A DNA stretch of 59,154 nt from a virus (IMGVR_UViG_3300044998_000560:1-59154); one strand, 5' to 3'; counted from the first letter of the stretch, positions 20,133 to 30,783 are shown. Made by a program: numbers and translations. The notes: generated by a model not told the origin, from the sequence alone.

Positions 20133-21032
20133 ATGCCAACAAATCCATACTTAAATCATTTAGGATTTACAAATATGAATGAACAGCTTTTGTATAACAA
20201 TCTTATACAAGAAGCGATTCGTAATTATGGTATGGATGTTATCTATATTCCGAAAACAATTTCTAAATTGGATTTACTATTCGGAGAAGATGTATTAAAG
20301 AAATTTGAAAAATATTATCCAATTGAAATGTATTTTGAATCTGTTGATGGATTTTCTGATGACAGAAATTTTCTTTCCAAATTTGGTTTAGAAATACGAA
20401 AACAAGCAAATTTTGTTGTTTCTGTGGATCGCTTTTCGCAAGAAGTACAAGATGATCCGAGTGTGGCTGTTCGCCCAAATGAAGGTGATTTGATTTACAT
20501 GCCATTAACTCGTGATTTGTTCGAAATTGTATTTGTCGATCATGAAGCAATTTTCTGGCAACTAGGAAAAGTTTTTGTTTGGCGTATACTTGTAGAAAAA
20601 TTTGCTTATTCTTCAGAAGAAATTAATACAGGAATCCCGGATATTGACACAATAGAAACGAATAATACAATGGTACAAGGTCCTATTTTTACAATACAAT
20701 TAGAATCTGGTGGTTGGGGATATACTACTGCTCCAACAGTTGTTATTACTGGCGGCGGAGGCTCCGGTGCTTCTGCTATCGCTACAATCAATACAAACGG
20801 AAATGTTATTTCTGTATCCGTTTCTTTTAATCCATTAACATTTGTTCCGTATACGAGTCCACCAACAATTACATTTACTGGTGGAAATGGGTATGGGGCA
20901 AGAGCGAGAGCAATTCTTGTTGATAATAATTATGGTTCAAAACCTGGATCAAATAATACTTTAATACAAAATGATGCTGATGAAATTCTCGATTTCTTGG
21001 AAAGAGATCCATTCAGTGGAGGCAATTATTAA
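20133..21032 (+). CDS. gp14: Neck/head completion protein gp14 with inserted GxGY module
   Basis: EAIRNYGMDVIYIP, FGED, IEMY, LSKFGLEI, RPNEGDLIY.P, FWQLGK, ILDF.E.DPF. Confidence 0.93.
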   Translation: MPTNPYLNHLGFTNMNEQLLYNNLIQEAIRNYGMDVIYIPKTISKLDLLFGEDVLKKFEKYYPIEMYFESVDGFSDDRNFLSKFGLEIRKQANFVVSVDRFSQEVQDDPSVAVRPNEGDLIYMPLTRDLFEIVFVDHEAIFWQLGKVFVWRILVEKFAYSSEEINTGIPDIDTIETNNTMVQGPIFTIQLESGGWGYTTAPTVVITGGGGSGASAIATINTNGNVISVSVSFNPLTFVPYTSPPTITFTGGNGYGARARAILVDNNYGSKPGSNNTLIQNDADEILDFLERDPFSGGNY

Positions 21033-21808
21033 TGCTTTCACATTCCCCTTTTTATCATAGTCATTTAAGAAAATTGATTACATCATTCGGAACAATTTTC
21101 AATGATATATCTATTCAAAGAAAAGATAATACGGATAATGTAATAAAAACTATTTCTGTTCCTATTTCTTATGCTCCGAAAGAATTTTGGGTGGCAAGAT
21201 TACAACAAGACCCGAATCCAAATATTCCAGGACAAGCTACACCTATAAAGATGATTGTTCCGAGAATGGGTTTCGAAATGATAAATATGACATATGACCA
21301 TACGAGAAAATTAATTTCTACGGGTCAAAATGTCGCAATTAATACTGAAGAAGGTGATACGATTCTTTCTCAATTTCAGCCTGTTCCTTGGAATATTGAT
21401 TTTGGATTATATATTATGACAAGAAATATTGATGATTCATTACAAATTATCGAACAAATATTGCCATTTTTTACTCCCGATTTTATGATAACGATAAAAG
21501 AAATGCCGGGAATGAATTTAATTCGTGATATTCCTATTGTATATGGTGGTATTTCTTCTGAAATTATTTTTGATGGAACACCCGATAAAGTAAGAACAAT
21601 AATGTGGAATCTTTCTTTCACGATGAAAGGATATCTATATCAACCTATAAGAAAAGTGAAAATAATTAAAGATTCTACTGTTAATTTAATCGCCGAATCT
21701 ACGAAAGGTAATTCGGGAACATCAATCCGTGCTGTAGTTGACCCCATTGATGCTAAATTTGATGATACTTGGCAAATACAAACAGAGATTAGAGATTTTT
21801 CAGAATAA
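21032..21808 (+). CDS. gp15: Tail sheath stabiliser/terminator gp15
   Basis: FYHSHLRK.I..FGT.FN.I, VPISYAPKE, PRMGFEM, PVPWNI.F.L, QIIEQILPFFTP. Confidence 0.95.
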   Translation: MLSHSPFYHSHLRKLITSFGTIFNDISIQRKDNTDNVIKTISVPISYAPKEFWVARLQQDPNPNIPGQATPIKMIVPRMGFEMINMTYDHTRKLISTGQNVAINTEEGDTILSQFQPVPWNIDFGLYIMTRNIDDSLQIIEQILPFFTPDFMITIKEMPGMNLIRDIPIVYGGISSEIIFDGTPDKVRTIMWNLSFTMKGYLYQPIRKVKIIKDSTVNLIAESTKGNSGTSIRAVVDPIDAKFDDTWQIQTEIRDFSE

Positions 21809-21827
21809 ATAAAAAAGAGAACAAATT

Positions 21828-23405
21828 ATGAACAATAAGGCTTTAAGAGAACGCAAAAAATTATCTTCTGATAATAATACATTTACCGGGAAACCAGGTG
21901 AAATTGTAATCGTTACGGATGAAAAAACGCTCGCCATTCATGATGGAGTAACCGCTGGTGGTGTGAAATTATCGAAAGAAGATGCTAATTCTACATCTAT
22001 ACATCAACACGCAACGGCAACGCAATCGACACCAGGATTTTTAAGTGCTGCGGATAAAACAAAATTGGATAATCTTTCGCAACAAGCACTACCACCAGCT
22101 TCTTCTCAAAATAATCCAGATACTCTCGTTAGGAGAGACACAAACGGTGATTTTGCAGCTAGAAATATAACAGCAACACAATTTATCGGTGCTTTAAGTG
22201 GATTGGCAACAGGAATTTCTGGTAATTTATCGGGTGATGTTACTAGCATAGGAATGGTTACAACTCTACAATCGGTTACTACTCCAGGTAATTATGGTTC
22301 TTCAACAGAAGTTCCGAGAATTACTGTTGATGCAAAAGGAAGAATTACTGCTGTTCAATTACAACCAATTTCCGCTACTGCCAGCGGCGCCGCCGGTGGA
22401 GACCTGGGTGGTAATTATCCAAATCCAACAGTAGAGACGGTTGGAACAAGAACCAAAGCACAAATTTCTCAGAGTGTTTTGGATACTATTAATGCTACAA
22501 ATTCACCAACAGCAAATACAATAGTGAAACGGGACAGTAGTTCTAAGTTTAGATCCGGATTAACTTCTATATCAGATTCTTCTGATACAGTAGTATCGAA
22601 ATCATATGTTGATGCTTTGGGTGGTTCCGGAGGTTATTCTAATTTTGCTGTCTACAGAAGAAATCCGTCTTCCGGAACACAAGAAATTTCTGTGAATGGT
22701 GCAAGTTTTACTAACACAAATGCGGGAACATTTTCTGTACCTTCAAATGTTAGAGTTGTTGGTATGATTTTAGTTTCTGGTGGACAAGGTGGATTTTATA
22801 TCATTAGAGGAACGGGGTCGTTTTTAGTTGGAGACCCTGGTGGAACATCAGGGGCAGTCTTTTATGCTTCTATGGTTCCTGTTGTTCCTGGATCGAATTT
22901 ATCCATTACTATAGGTAGTGGTGGTAACGGTGGATATTGGGATAATATAAGTTCGATGATAATGAATCCTGCCGATGGTGGATCAACAATAGTATCTGGA
23001 TTACTTTCATTTTTAACAGGATCCGCTTCAAAAACGATAACCATTCCTGGTGGTACTTCAAGCAATATGAACCAATTTACTAGTGGATCTTCTCCTATCT
23101 ATTTTTTCATTCCTACTTTAGGTGGTGATTATGCTTATTTACCGAACATTAGAAAAACCGCTAATATTTTTGGTGTAGGTGGTGCAGTTGCAGGAACACC
23201 AACACCGGAATCTACTGTAGCGTTTGGTAGTTTTTCTCCTATAGGAACAATTTTAGAATTAGGAAATCCAAGCACGCCTGGGATTCAAACAACACCTACT
23301 AGGTCTGGAATAGGATCAGGTGGCTCAAGTACTGTCGTTTTGTCAGGAAATTCTTCTATTTCTGCTGGAGCAGGTGGACATGGATATGCAATTATTTTCT
23401 ATTAG
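21828..23405 (+). CDS. Tail-fibre-like protein: Mtd_N-type N-terminus, shaft repeats, glycine-rich C-terminus
   Basis: FTGKPGEIVIVTDEKTLAIHDGVTAGG; ITVDAKGRITA; GGDLGGNYPNPTV; ends GAGGHGYAIIFY. Confidence 0.75.
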   Translation: MNNKALRERKKLSSDNNTFTGKPGEIVIVTDEKTLAIHDGVTAGGVKLSKEDANSTSIHQHATATQSTPGFLSAADKTKLDNLSQQALPPASSQNNPDTLVRRDTNGDFAARNITATQFIGALSGLATGISGNLSGDVTSIGMVTTLQSVTTPGNYGSSTEVPRITVDAKGRITAVQLQPISATASGAAGGDLGGNYPNPTVETVGTRTKAQISQSVLDTINATNSPTANTIVKRDSSSKFRSGLTSISDSSDTVVSKSYVDALGGSGGYSNFAVYRRNPSSGTQEISVNGASFTNTNAGTFSVPSNVRVVGMILVSGGQGGFYIIRGTGSFLVGDPGGTSGAVFYASMVPVVPGSNLSITIGSGGNGGYWDNISSMIMNPADGGSTIVSGLLSFLTGSASKTITIPGGTSSNMNQFTSGSSPIYFFIPTLGGDYAYLPNIRKTANIFGVGGAVAGTPTPESTVAFGSFSPIGTILELGNPSTPGIQTTPTRSGIGSGGSSTVVLSGNSSISAGAGGHGYAIIFY

Positions 23406-23718
23406 AGGTTATAGTTTAGAACCGGATTTAAAAGATAAAGATGTAATTACTATAGAAAAGAAAAATAATTATGAAAAAGGTGATATTGTTGTTTTAGATT
23501 TACCAAAATATGGACGAATAATAAAAAAAATTACACATGTTGCCGGAGAAGAGTTTCCAGAAGATGGTTGTTTAAAAGAATGGAAAAAGTTTTATAATAT
23601 TATTCCAAAAGGATATGCTATCGTTATGGGTAATGCTATAAATAGTATAGATAGTAGAAAATTTGGTCCAATAAATATAAGTTCAATAATGGGAGTAGCA
23701 AAAAAAGTAAATGCCTAA
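23380..23718 (+). CDS. S26 (signal peptidase I-like) Ser-Lys peptidase without a transmembrane anchor
   Basis: GYSLEP (GxSMxP box), GDIVV, IIKKI (catalytic Lys box), MGNAINSIDSRKFGP (GDNxxxSxDSRxxG box); probable start 23380 or 23386 after GGAG. Confidence 0.8.
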   Translation: MDMQLFSIRGYSLEPDLKDKDVITIEKKNNYEKGDIVVLDLPKYGRIIKKITHVAGEEFPEDGCLKEWKKFYNIIPKGYAIVMGNAINSIDSRKFGPINISSIMGVAKKVNA

Positions 23719-24607
23719 TCCAAACACTGCTGTTTTTCCTTCTGCGATTGCTACAGATTCTACTTTTCCTGTTGCTACTGGTTCATTCCAAACTATTTTA
23801 ACATCCGCCATTAATAATTCCACAACAACTATTCCAGTCGGATCAACAAATTCTGAGGTTCCTATTATATTGAGAATTAATAATGAATTAATTTTGGCTA
23901 TAAACAAATCAGGAAATAATTTTATAAATTGTGTTCGTGGTTTTTATGGTACTACGGCGATTTCTCATTCCTCCGGTGCAAATGTTTTTTGTTATATTAC
24001 AGCATATCATTTTAACCAATTGGCAAAAGAATTGATTGCTGTTCAAACTGCATTAGGCGTAAATCTAGAAAATATTACACCATTAATAGCACCACAATAT
24101 ATATATTATAGGGTTGGTATTGTTCAGGATGATAATCCAACTCTAGCGTTTTCTGTAAAAACAGCAACAAAGCCAACTGTTGTAAAAATAGAATATAATA
24201 GAGTTTTGACAGCCGCCGCACAATATGGAGCAGGATCTTCTCAAGAAATGTATGAAAACCTTTTTGTTCCGGAAGATTTTTTAGAAGAAAGTAATATCGA
24301 ATTAATAATGACTTGGAATACTCCTGAAACAATAGGAAATGTGAGATGGGAATTATATGCATCTGAAGTTGAATCTGGTGATAGTTTAGATATACCATCA
24401 TGGACAATAAGTTCTTTTGTTCAAGATACTGTTCCTGGTATAACAGAAAGATTGGTTAAGTCAACAATTGTAGCATCTACTATAGGATTAACATTGTCAG
24501 GTAAACATCTTTTCTTTAAAATTATGAGAGGAACTGATACTGCTGCTGGTCCAGCAAATTTAATTTCAGCAAAATTTAAGTTAATGAGAGCGATGTCAAA
24601 TGCCTAA
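23711..24607 (+). CDS. Fibre/spike-associated structural protein
   Basis: N-terminal ~120 aa paralogous to the next gene ([10 protein letters not shown]...RGFxGTTAxSH..GA.V). Confidence 0.6.
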   Translation: MPNPNTAVFPSAIATDSTFPVATGSFQTILTSAINNSTTTIPVGSTNSEVPIILRINNELILAINKSGNNFINCVRGFYGTTAISHSSGANVFCYITAYHFNQLAKELIAVQTALGVNLENITPLIAPQYIYYRVGIVQDDNPTLAFSVKTATKPTVVKIEYNRVLTAAAQYGAGSSQEMYENLFVPEDFLEESNIELIMTWNTPETIGNVRWELYASEVESGDSLDIPSWTISSFVQDTVPGITERLVKSTIVASTIGLTLSGKHLFFKIMRGTDTAAGPANLISAKFKLMRAMSNA

Positions 24608-26186
24608 TCCAAATACTGCTGTTTTTCCTGCTTCTATTCCAACAGATGTCTCGTTAGCTGGTGTTGCTACTGACAATCTTTATACCACTTTATCGGCATC
24701 TATCAATAATAGCCAGACAAATAATATTGCCGTAACTTCTAGTTCTTTTGAAGTACCTGCTCTATTGTTGATTGATTCAGAATTGATTCTTGTGGAATCA
24801 AAAGCAGGGAATATTTTAAATGATGTAACTCGTGGATTTGCAGGAACGACCGCTGCATCACATCTCGCGGGTGCAAATGTTTATGGGTATATATTTGCCT
24901 TCAAAATGAATCAGATTTCTGCTGAAATAAAAGCCATTTGTAATTCATTAGGGCAAAATCTCTCAAATATACTTTATTCAGGACGTTCTGCTGGAGGTGA
25001 TTTAGCAGGGACATATCCTAATCCAACATTAGCAAATATTGTTGGATTGACACCAGGAACATTTGGTGAAGGGGAATATGTTCCAGTAATAACTGTTGAT
25101 CAGAAAGGTAGAATTACAGAAATATCCGAAACACCAATTACTATTACAGGTGGTGGAAACCCAACAGGTCCAGCAAGTGGTGATTTAGGAGGTACATATC
25201 CATCACCAACTGTCGAAACTGTTGGAAGCAAAACAAAAACAGAAATTTCAAATACCGTAAATAAAGTTGCAAATTCTACAAACGCAAATGTTGTTTCTAC
25301 TTTAGTTGAAAGAGATTCGAATGGAGATTTTGCGGCTAGAAATATAACAGCAACACAATTTATTGGTTCTTTAACAGGAAATGTAAATGGTAATGTGACA
25401 GGAAATGTTTCTGGTACTGCTGCTTCTTTTACAGGAAATCTGACAGGTGATGTTACTAGCGTAGGTATGACAACTACGCTTTCTAACACTCCTGTTACTC
25501 CTGCCGAATATGGATCTTCAACACAAGTTGCTAAAATCACCATTGATTCAAAAGGGAGAATTACTGCTGCTGTTAATGAAACAATTTCCGGTGTTATACC
25601 AGGTGGAGCGGCTGGTGGAGATTTAGCAGGTACATACCCAAATCCAACAGTTTCTAAATCTTCATTTACATCATTTTCAATTAATGATGTCCGTATAAAA
25701 GATAATTCGGGAAATATTCAATTTAGAAATTTTAATGATGATGCATTTATTGATATTGAAGCGAAGAGGATTTTTCAAAAAGAATTTTCTAACGTACCAG
25801 CAACACTAAAATATAGTATTCCTTATACAGATTTAGTGGATGCTGATGTAACACAGGAAATTATTTTTGCTTCATTGCCCGCGAAAGCAAAAGTGTTAGC
25901 AATAACATTAAAAACAGAAACAGAATTTTCTGGTTCTGGATTTACATCCGTGAATGTAGAAATTGGTGATGGAAATATAGATGATTATTATGTAACCGTA
26001 TATGATTGTGATGCTACTGTTTCCAATACAAATTATAGTGATACTCAAATGTACAAATCGCCCACATTTAGTCCTAGTAATTTGGTTGCTAAATTTACAG
26101 CAAATCAAAATTTTGGAAACGGAACAACAACAAATTTAAGTTCCGGTAACCTAGATATATGGGTTACTGTTGTTGTTCTTCTATAG
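24600..26186 (+). CDS. Tail-fibre-like protein with shaft repeats
   Basis: Three GDLxGTYPxPT repeats, two ITxDxKGRIT, GNVxG repeats; segments shared with 21828..23405. Confidence 0.72.
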   Translation: MPNPNTAVFPASIPTDVSLAGVATDNLYTTLSASINNSQTNNIAVTSSSFEVPALLLIDSELILVESKAGNILNDVTRGFAGTTAASHLAGANVYGYIFAFKMNQISAEIKAICNSLGQNLSNILYSGRSAGGDLAGTYPNPTLANIVGLTPGTFGEGEYVPVITVDQKGRITEISETPITITGGGNPTGPASGDLGGTYPSPTVETVGSKTKTEISNTVNKVANSTNANVVSTLVERDSNGDFAARNITATQFIGSLTGNVNGNVTGNVSGTAASFTGNLTGDVTSVGMTTTLSNTPVTPAEYGSSTQVAKITIDSKGRITAAVNETISGVIPGGAAGGDLAGTYPNPTVSKSSFTSFSINDVRIKDNSGNIQFRNFNDDAFIDIEAKRIFQKEFSNVPATLKYSIPYTDLVDADVTQEIIFASLPAKAKVLAITLKTETEFSGSGFTSVNVEIGDGNIDDYYVTVYDCDATVSNTNYSDTQMYKSPTFSPSNLVAKFTANQNFGNGTTTNLSSGNLDIWVTVVVLL

Positions 26187-26198
26187 GAGGTCAAACTG

Positions 26199-27227
26199 AT
26201 GGCTTTTGTAGATTGTGAAGGATTCGAATCTCTTTATTCGAATGCACCTTCATTAAAAGAAGAATTTATATCAATAGCCGCCGTAACTAGTAGTACAGAT
26301 CCACAAATAACTGCATTTGGTTTTGGGAAATGTTTCGGAACAGGTATAGGTACATTTGATCAATTGTTTGTTTCCAAATTTCCAGGTTTAGTAAACAAAA
26401 AAACAATTTTCTTCAATTGGCATTTTAAAAATGTAATTAATAATACTATTACTTTTAATTTACTAACACTACAAGATGAAAGTATAACACAGGTTGCTTT
26501 AAGAAGAAATGGAGATGGTTCATTTTCCGCTCTTAGAGGCTCTACGGTTTTAGCAACATCACCTATAATTACAACTAATAATCAATATTATTTCCTTCAA
26601 TTAAAAGTTGTAATTGATTCTACGAATGGTGAATTTATATTTAAAGTGGACAATTCGACAGTTTTTAATTTAACCGGAATTAATACACAAAATACTGCAA
26701 ACGATTATGTAAATAGATATACATTTAATGCACAATCTAATACAATTTATATTGATAATGTTGTTATTTATGATGATAGTGGGTCTGTAATGAATGATTT
26801 TACAGAAGAAACGAGAGTAATAGGTCAATATCCTACAGGAAATGGTGACACGATTGAATGGACTCCCAATACTTCAACCAATTTTTCTAGAGTAAATCAG
26901 AATTATGATGGGGATACAACATATAATTTTACCGATACGGTAGGACACACTGATTTATTTACATATGCTTCTCTTGTTACATCAGGAGCAAATGTATATG
27001 CTATAAAAGTGGGATCCACATTTAGAAAAGATGATGCTAATACAAACGCGGTCGTAAATGTGGTAAAAAGTGGTGGTACGATTTATGAAGATCCTGCTGG
27101 TCCGTATGAATCTTCTCCTTCTTACATAATCAAAGAATGGATTATGATAAATGATCCAAATACATCTTCACCATGGACTGTTTCTGCGGCAAATGCTATT
27201 CAATCAGGAATAAGAAGAAAATTATAA
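26199..27227 (+). CDS. Putative receptor-binding/lectin-fold protein, paralogue A
   Basis: Beta-rich ConA-like pattern; tandem duplicate of the next gene; RBS AGGAGG. Confidence 0.6.
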   Translation: MAFVDCEGFESLYSNAPSLKEEFISIAAVTSSTDPQITAFGFGKCFGTGIGTFDQLFVSKFPGLVNKKTIFFNWHFKNVINNTITFNLLTLQDESITQVALRRNGDGSFSALRGSTVLATSPIITTNNQYYFLQLKVVIDSTNGEFIFKVDNSTVFNLTGINTQNTANDYVNRYTFNAQSNTIYIDNVVIYDDSGSVMNDFTEETRVIGQYPTGNGDTIEWTPNTSTNFSRVNQNYDGDTTYNFTDTVGHTDLFTYASLVTSGANVYAIKVGSTFRKDDANTNAVVNVVKSGGTIYEDPAGPYESSPSYIIKEWIMINDPNTSSPWTVSAANAIQSGIRRKL

Positions 27228-28186
27228 TAGGAGTTAATGGAATGTCTTTTGTAGATTGTGAAGGATTCGAAACTATCAATAACAATGATGTAAAAGAAAC
27301 ACTCATAGGAGTTTCTAATAATTATATCACGAGTAGTGATCCACAAATTACTGCTTTTGGATATGGTACAGCTTATGGAAAAAATGTCGGTGGTGCTGAA
27401 GATACCTTTTCTTGTTATTTTCCAGGTTTAGTAAACAAAAAAACAATTTTCTTCAATTGGCACCTGAAAGGTAATTCTACCACTGCTTCAACCAATATGC
27501 ATTTGACGCTGTTAGATGGTGCATCAACACAGGTCGTTTTAAGAAGAAATGGAGACAATTCATTTTCCGCTCTTAGAGGCTCTACGGTTTTAGCAACATC
27601 TTCTCCAATAATTACAGTAACAAAATATTATTTCCTTCAATTAAAAGTTGTAATTGATTCTACGAATGGTGAATTTATATTTAAAGTGGACAATTCGACA
27701 GTTTTTAATTTAACCGGAATTAATACACAAAATACTGCAAACGATTATGTAAATAGATATACATTTTTAGTATTATCAAATTTTAATTTCATTGATAATG
27801 TTGTTGTTTATGATGATGCAGGAACACAAATGAATGATTTTACACCAGAAACTAGGGTTTTTGGTCAATTCCCTACTGCTAATGGTGATATAAATGAATT
27901 TACTCCCAATACTTCAACCAATTTTTCTAGAGTAAATCAGAGATATGATGGGGATACAACATATAATTTTACCGATACGGTAGGACACACTGATTTATAT
28001 GCATATAATGCTTTAGTACCTTCTGGATCTGCTGTATATGGAGTAAAGACAAGCATTTTCTTTAGGAAATCGGATTTAGGAGATAATGAGGTCGTAAATG
28101 TGGTAAAAAGTGGTGGTACGATTTATGAAGATCCTGCTGGTCCGTATGAATCTTCTCCTTCTTACATAATCAAAGAATGGATTATG
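26584..28186 (+). repeat. Dispersed direct repeats between paralogues A and B (offset 1040 nt)
   Basis: 26584-26726 = 27624-27766 (143 bp identical); 26862-26958 vs 27902-27998 (2 mismatches); 27050-27146 = 28090-28186 (97 bp identical). Confidence 0.9.
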
Positions 28187-28267
28187 GAAAAAAATCCAAA
28201 TACAAATGATTTTTGGACCGTTTCTGGAGCAAACTCATTACAAACAGGAATTAGAAGGAAATTATAG
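27242..28267 (+). CDS. Putative receptor-binding/lectin-fold protein, paralogue B
   Basis: Start moved to ATG 27242 (MSFVDCEGFE aligns with MAFVDCEGFE; AGGAG upstream). Confidence 0.6.
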   Translation: MSFVDCEGFETINNNDVKETLIGVSNNYITSSDPQITAFGYGTAYGKNVGGAEDTFSCYFPGLVNKKTIFFNWHLKGNSTTASTNMHLTLLDGASTQVVLRRNGDNSFSALRGSTVLATSSPIITVTKYYFLQLKVVIDSTNGEFIFKVDNSTVFNLTGINTQNTANDYVNRYTFLVLSNFNFIDNVVVYDDAGTQMNDFTPETRVFGQFPTANGDINEFTPNTSTNFSRVNQRYDGDTTYNFTDTVGHTDLYAYNALVPSGSAVYGVKTSIFFRKSDLGDNEVVNVVKSGGTIYEDPAGPYESSPSYIIKEWIMEKNPNTNDFWTVSGANSLQTGIRRKL

Positions 28268-28276
28268 GAATACATA

Positions 28277-28600
28277 ATGCCATCAAGAACAACTCAAATA
28301 ACATTACAAATTCCAATAAAACCAACACAATCAGCTTCCCGCGTTACAAATATTACATCACAAATCACTGAAGGTACGGGAACATCATCAAATTTTTCGT
28401 TTTTAACAAAAGCGACACGGGATATTGTAAATACATTTAATACAAATCTATCACATATAACAAAAGCAACACGAGATGTTGTGTGTTCTGTGTATCCAGT
28501 TCCGAATGATACAAGAATAACACAAGCAACAAGGCAAATCGTTTGTGAGGTAAAAAGAGAACCAGTATTTGGACATATAAATATTCCTATAGGATATTAA
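28277..28600 (+). CDS. Small Thr-rich protein with five internal repeats
   Basis: SRTTQITLQI / SRVTNITSQI / SFLTKATRDIV / SHITKATRDVV / TRITQATRQIV. Confidence 0.6.
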   Translation: MPSRTTQITLQIPIKPTQSASRVTNITSQITEGTGTSSNFSFLTKATRDIVNTFNTNLSHITKATRDVVCSVYPVPNDTRITQATRQIVCEVKREPVFGHINIPIGY

Positions 28601-28604
28601 ATGA

Positions 28605-29165
28605 ATGAAAAATGTTGCTGAGAAATTAAATGAAGTATTAGGTATTGCCGAAGAATTAATACAAGAAGAAAGAGAAGAAAATAAAGTTGTGGAAATGATT
28701 CCAGTTTCCACAACACCATCTATATCTCCTTCTCCTATTACAAACAATTCAATCAATACTTCTATTGATATTTTCCAAGAGATAGAAGAAAGTACAAAAG
28801 AAAGAATTTCGGAATTAAATGAAGACATAAAAGCGGCGAGAGATAACCTTTCTTTTCTAATAAAAATTGGTAAAGATGCTGCTGATGAATTACAAAATTT
28901 GGCTATTGAATCGGAAGAACCAAGAATGTATGAAGTATTCAGTGAATTAATTAATAGTATTTCTTCTGTGACAAAGGAAATGATTTCACTTCATAAAGTC
29001 CGATCCGATATTATAAGAAATGAATTTGAAAGAAAACGTCCAGTAAAAGAAGAAATAAAAAATTTAACACAAAATAACACCACAGTATATTTAAATACTA
29101 CTGATGTTATAAAAGCGATCCGTGAAGGTGCGATGGATGCCGACATACAATCAACAGCAGATTAA
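28605..29165 (+). CDS. gp16: Terminase small subunit gp16
   Basis: ARDNL..LI..G..A...L..LA.ESEEPRMYEV...LI; precedes gp17. Confidence 0.9.
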   Translation: MKNVAEKLNEVLGIAEELIQEEREENKVVEMIPVSTTPSISPSPITNNSINTSIDIFQEIEESTKERISELNEDIKAARDNLSFLIKIGKDAADELQNLAIESEEPRMYEVFSELINSISSVTKEMISLHKVRSDIIRNEFERKRPVKEEIKNLTQNNTTVYLNTTDVIKAIREGAMDADIQSTAD

Positions 29166-30783
29166 ATGCTTTTCTAATAATCCAAAATTAAAAGATGCCG
29201 GGCAATCTTTACCTTATGATTCACACATGATTTCGGAATTAGTAAAATGTCAGAAAGATCCCATTTATTTTATCAGAAATTATGTAAAAATTCTTAATGT
29301 TGATAAAGGTATTATTAATTTTGACCTTTATAAGTATGAAGAAGAATTTATTGAAAAAATGCAAAACAATCGTTTTGTAATTAGTAAGTTTCCTAGACAA
29401 AGCGGAAAATCAACAACCGTTATTGCTTACTTTTTATGGTATATTCTTTTTAACGATAATGTTAAGGTTGCTCTACTTGCAAATAAAGCAGAAACGGCAC
29501 AGGAATTGATGTCAAGATTACAATTTGCGTTTGAATGTCTCCCATTTTGGATTCAACAAGGTGTGTTGGTTTGGAATAAACGTTCAATCGAATTAGAGAA
29601 TGGGAGTAAAATGCGCTGTGCTGCTACTTCCGCTTCCGCTGTCCGCGGTGATACTTATAATATTATTTTTTTGGATGAATTTGCTCACATTCAACCACCT
29701 AGATTAGCAGACGAATTTTATACTTCCGTTTATCCAACAATTATGTCTGGACAAACGACAAAAATGTTTATCGTTTCTACACCAAAAGGAATGAATCTAT
29801 ATTATAAATTATGGATTGATGCCGTAGAAAAAAGATCAAATTATATTCCTATAAATGTTGATTGGAACCAAGTTCCTGGAAGAGACGAAAAATGGAAAGA
29901 AAAGGTTATTGCTGACATAGGTCCCGATAGATGGGCGCAAGAGTTTGAATGTCAATTTATTGGATCTTCCGGAACATTGATTTCTACAACAAAATTGCGG
30001 CAAATGGCATTTAGAAATCCAATTAGCAACATTCATGGATTAAATTTGTATGAATATCCAAAAAAAGATCACCGGTATTGTTTATCTGTCGATACTGCTG
30101 AAGGGAAAGGTTCTGATTATCATGTGATTCAAGTTATTGATGTTACTAAACTTCCATTTAGACAGGTTGCCGTTTTCCGGGATAACACTTCTCCTGTTAT
30201 GTTGTTACCTAATATAATTGATACCATCGGTAAATATTATAATAATGCTCAGGTAATTATAGAAATAGCTTCAACCGGTATGCAGGTTGCAGATATGCTT
30301 CATTTTGATATCGAATATCCTGAAATTATTCATGTTACCGTTAAGGGGCGTTTTGGACAAGTAGTTGGAGGCGGATTCTCAAAGACTTTTCAGCGTGGTG
30401 TAAAGATGTCTCCGGCAGTAAAACGAATGGGGTGTATGAATTTGAAAACACTCATTGAACAAGAAAAACTGATTATTCAGGATTTTGATACAATAAGTGA
30501 ATTAACTACATTTGTAGATAATGGAAGCGGAAAATATCAAGCAGAAGAAGGGTGTAATGATGACACGACGATGGCGCTTGTTGTTTTTTCTTGGTTAGTA
30601 GCACAAAGATATTTTAGAACTGATGATGATGGAATAGATGTTCGCCAAAATTTGGAAGAAGAAAATAAGGATTGGATAAATAACGAAATGTTGCCGCCGA
30701 TGCTTTCTATTTCTGATGGAAGAGAAGAAGATTATGAAATTGATTCGCAAGGTATTGCATGGAGATCAATTATAGAAAAGTGA
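29137..30783 (+). CDS. gp17: Terminase large subunit gp17
   Basis: PRQSGKST Walker A, IFLDEFAH Walker B, STPKG, QEFECQFIGS, nuclease VDTAEG...DD; probable ATG at 29137. Confidence 0.97.
   Translation: MPTYNQQQIKCFSNNPKLKDAGQSLPYDSHMISELVKCQKDPIYFIRNYVKILNVDKGIINFDLYKYEEEFIEKMQNNRFVISKFPRQSGKSTTVIAYFLWYILFNDNVKVALLANKAETAQELMSRLQFAFECLPFWIQQGVLVWNKRSIELENGSKMRCAATSASAVRGDTYNIIFLDEFAHIQPPRLADEFYTSVYPTIMSGQTTKMFIVSTPKGMNLYYKLWIDAVEKRSNYIPINVDWNQVPGRDEKWKEKVIADIGPDRWAQEFECQFIGSSGTLISTTKLRQMAFRNPISNIHGLNLYEYPKKDHRYCLSVDTAEGKGSDYHVIQVIDVTKLPFRQVAVFRDNTSPVMLLPNIIDTIGKYYNNAQVIIEIASTGMQVADMLHFDIEYPEIIHVTVKGRFGQVVGGGFSKTFQRGVKMSPAVKRMGCMNLKTLIEQEKLIIQDFDTISELTTFVDNGSGKYQAEEGCNDDTTMALVVFSWLVAQRYFRTDDDGIDVRQNLEEENKDWINNEMLPPMLSISDGREEDYEIDSQGIAWRSIIEK

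Noticed and set aside
21828-28267. Diversity-generating retroelement suggested by the Mtd_N-like domain and the duplicated sequence
   Set aside because: There is no reverse transcriptase in the window. Both copies are full genes, and the differences include indels and are not confined to adenines.
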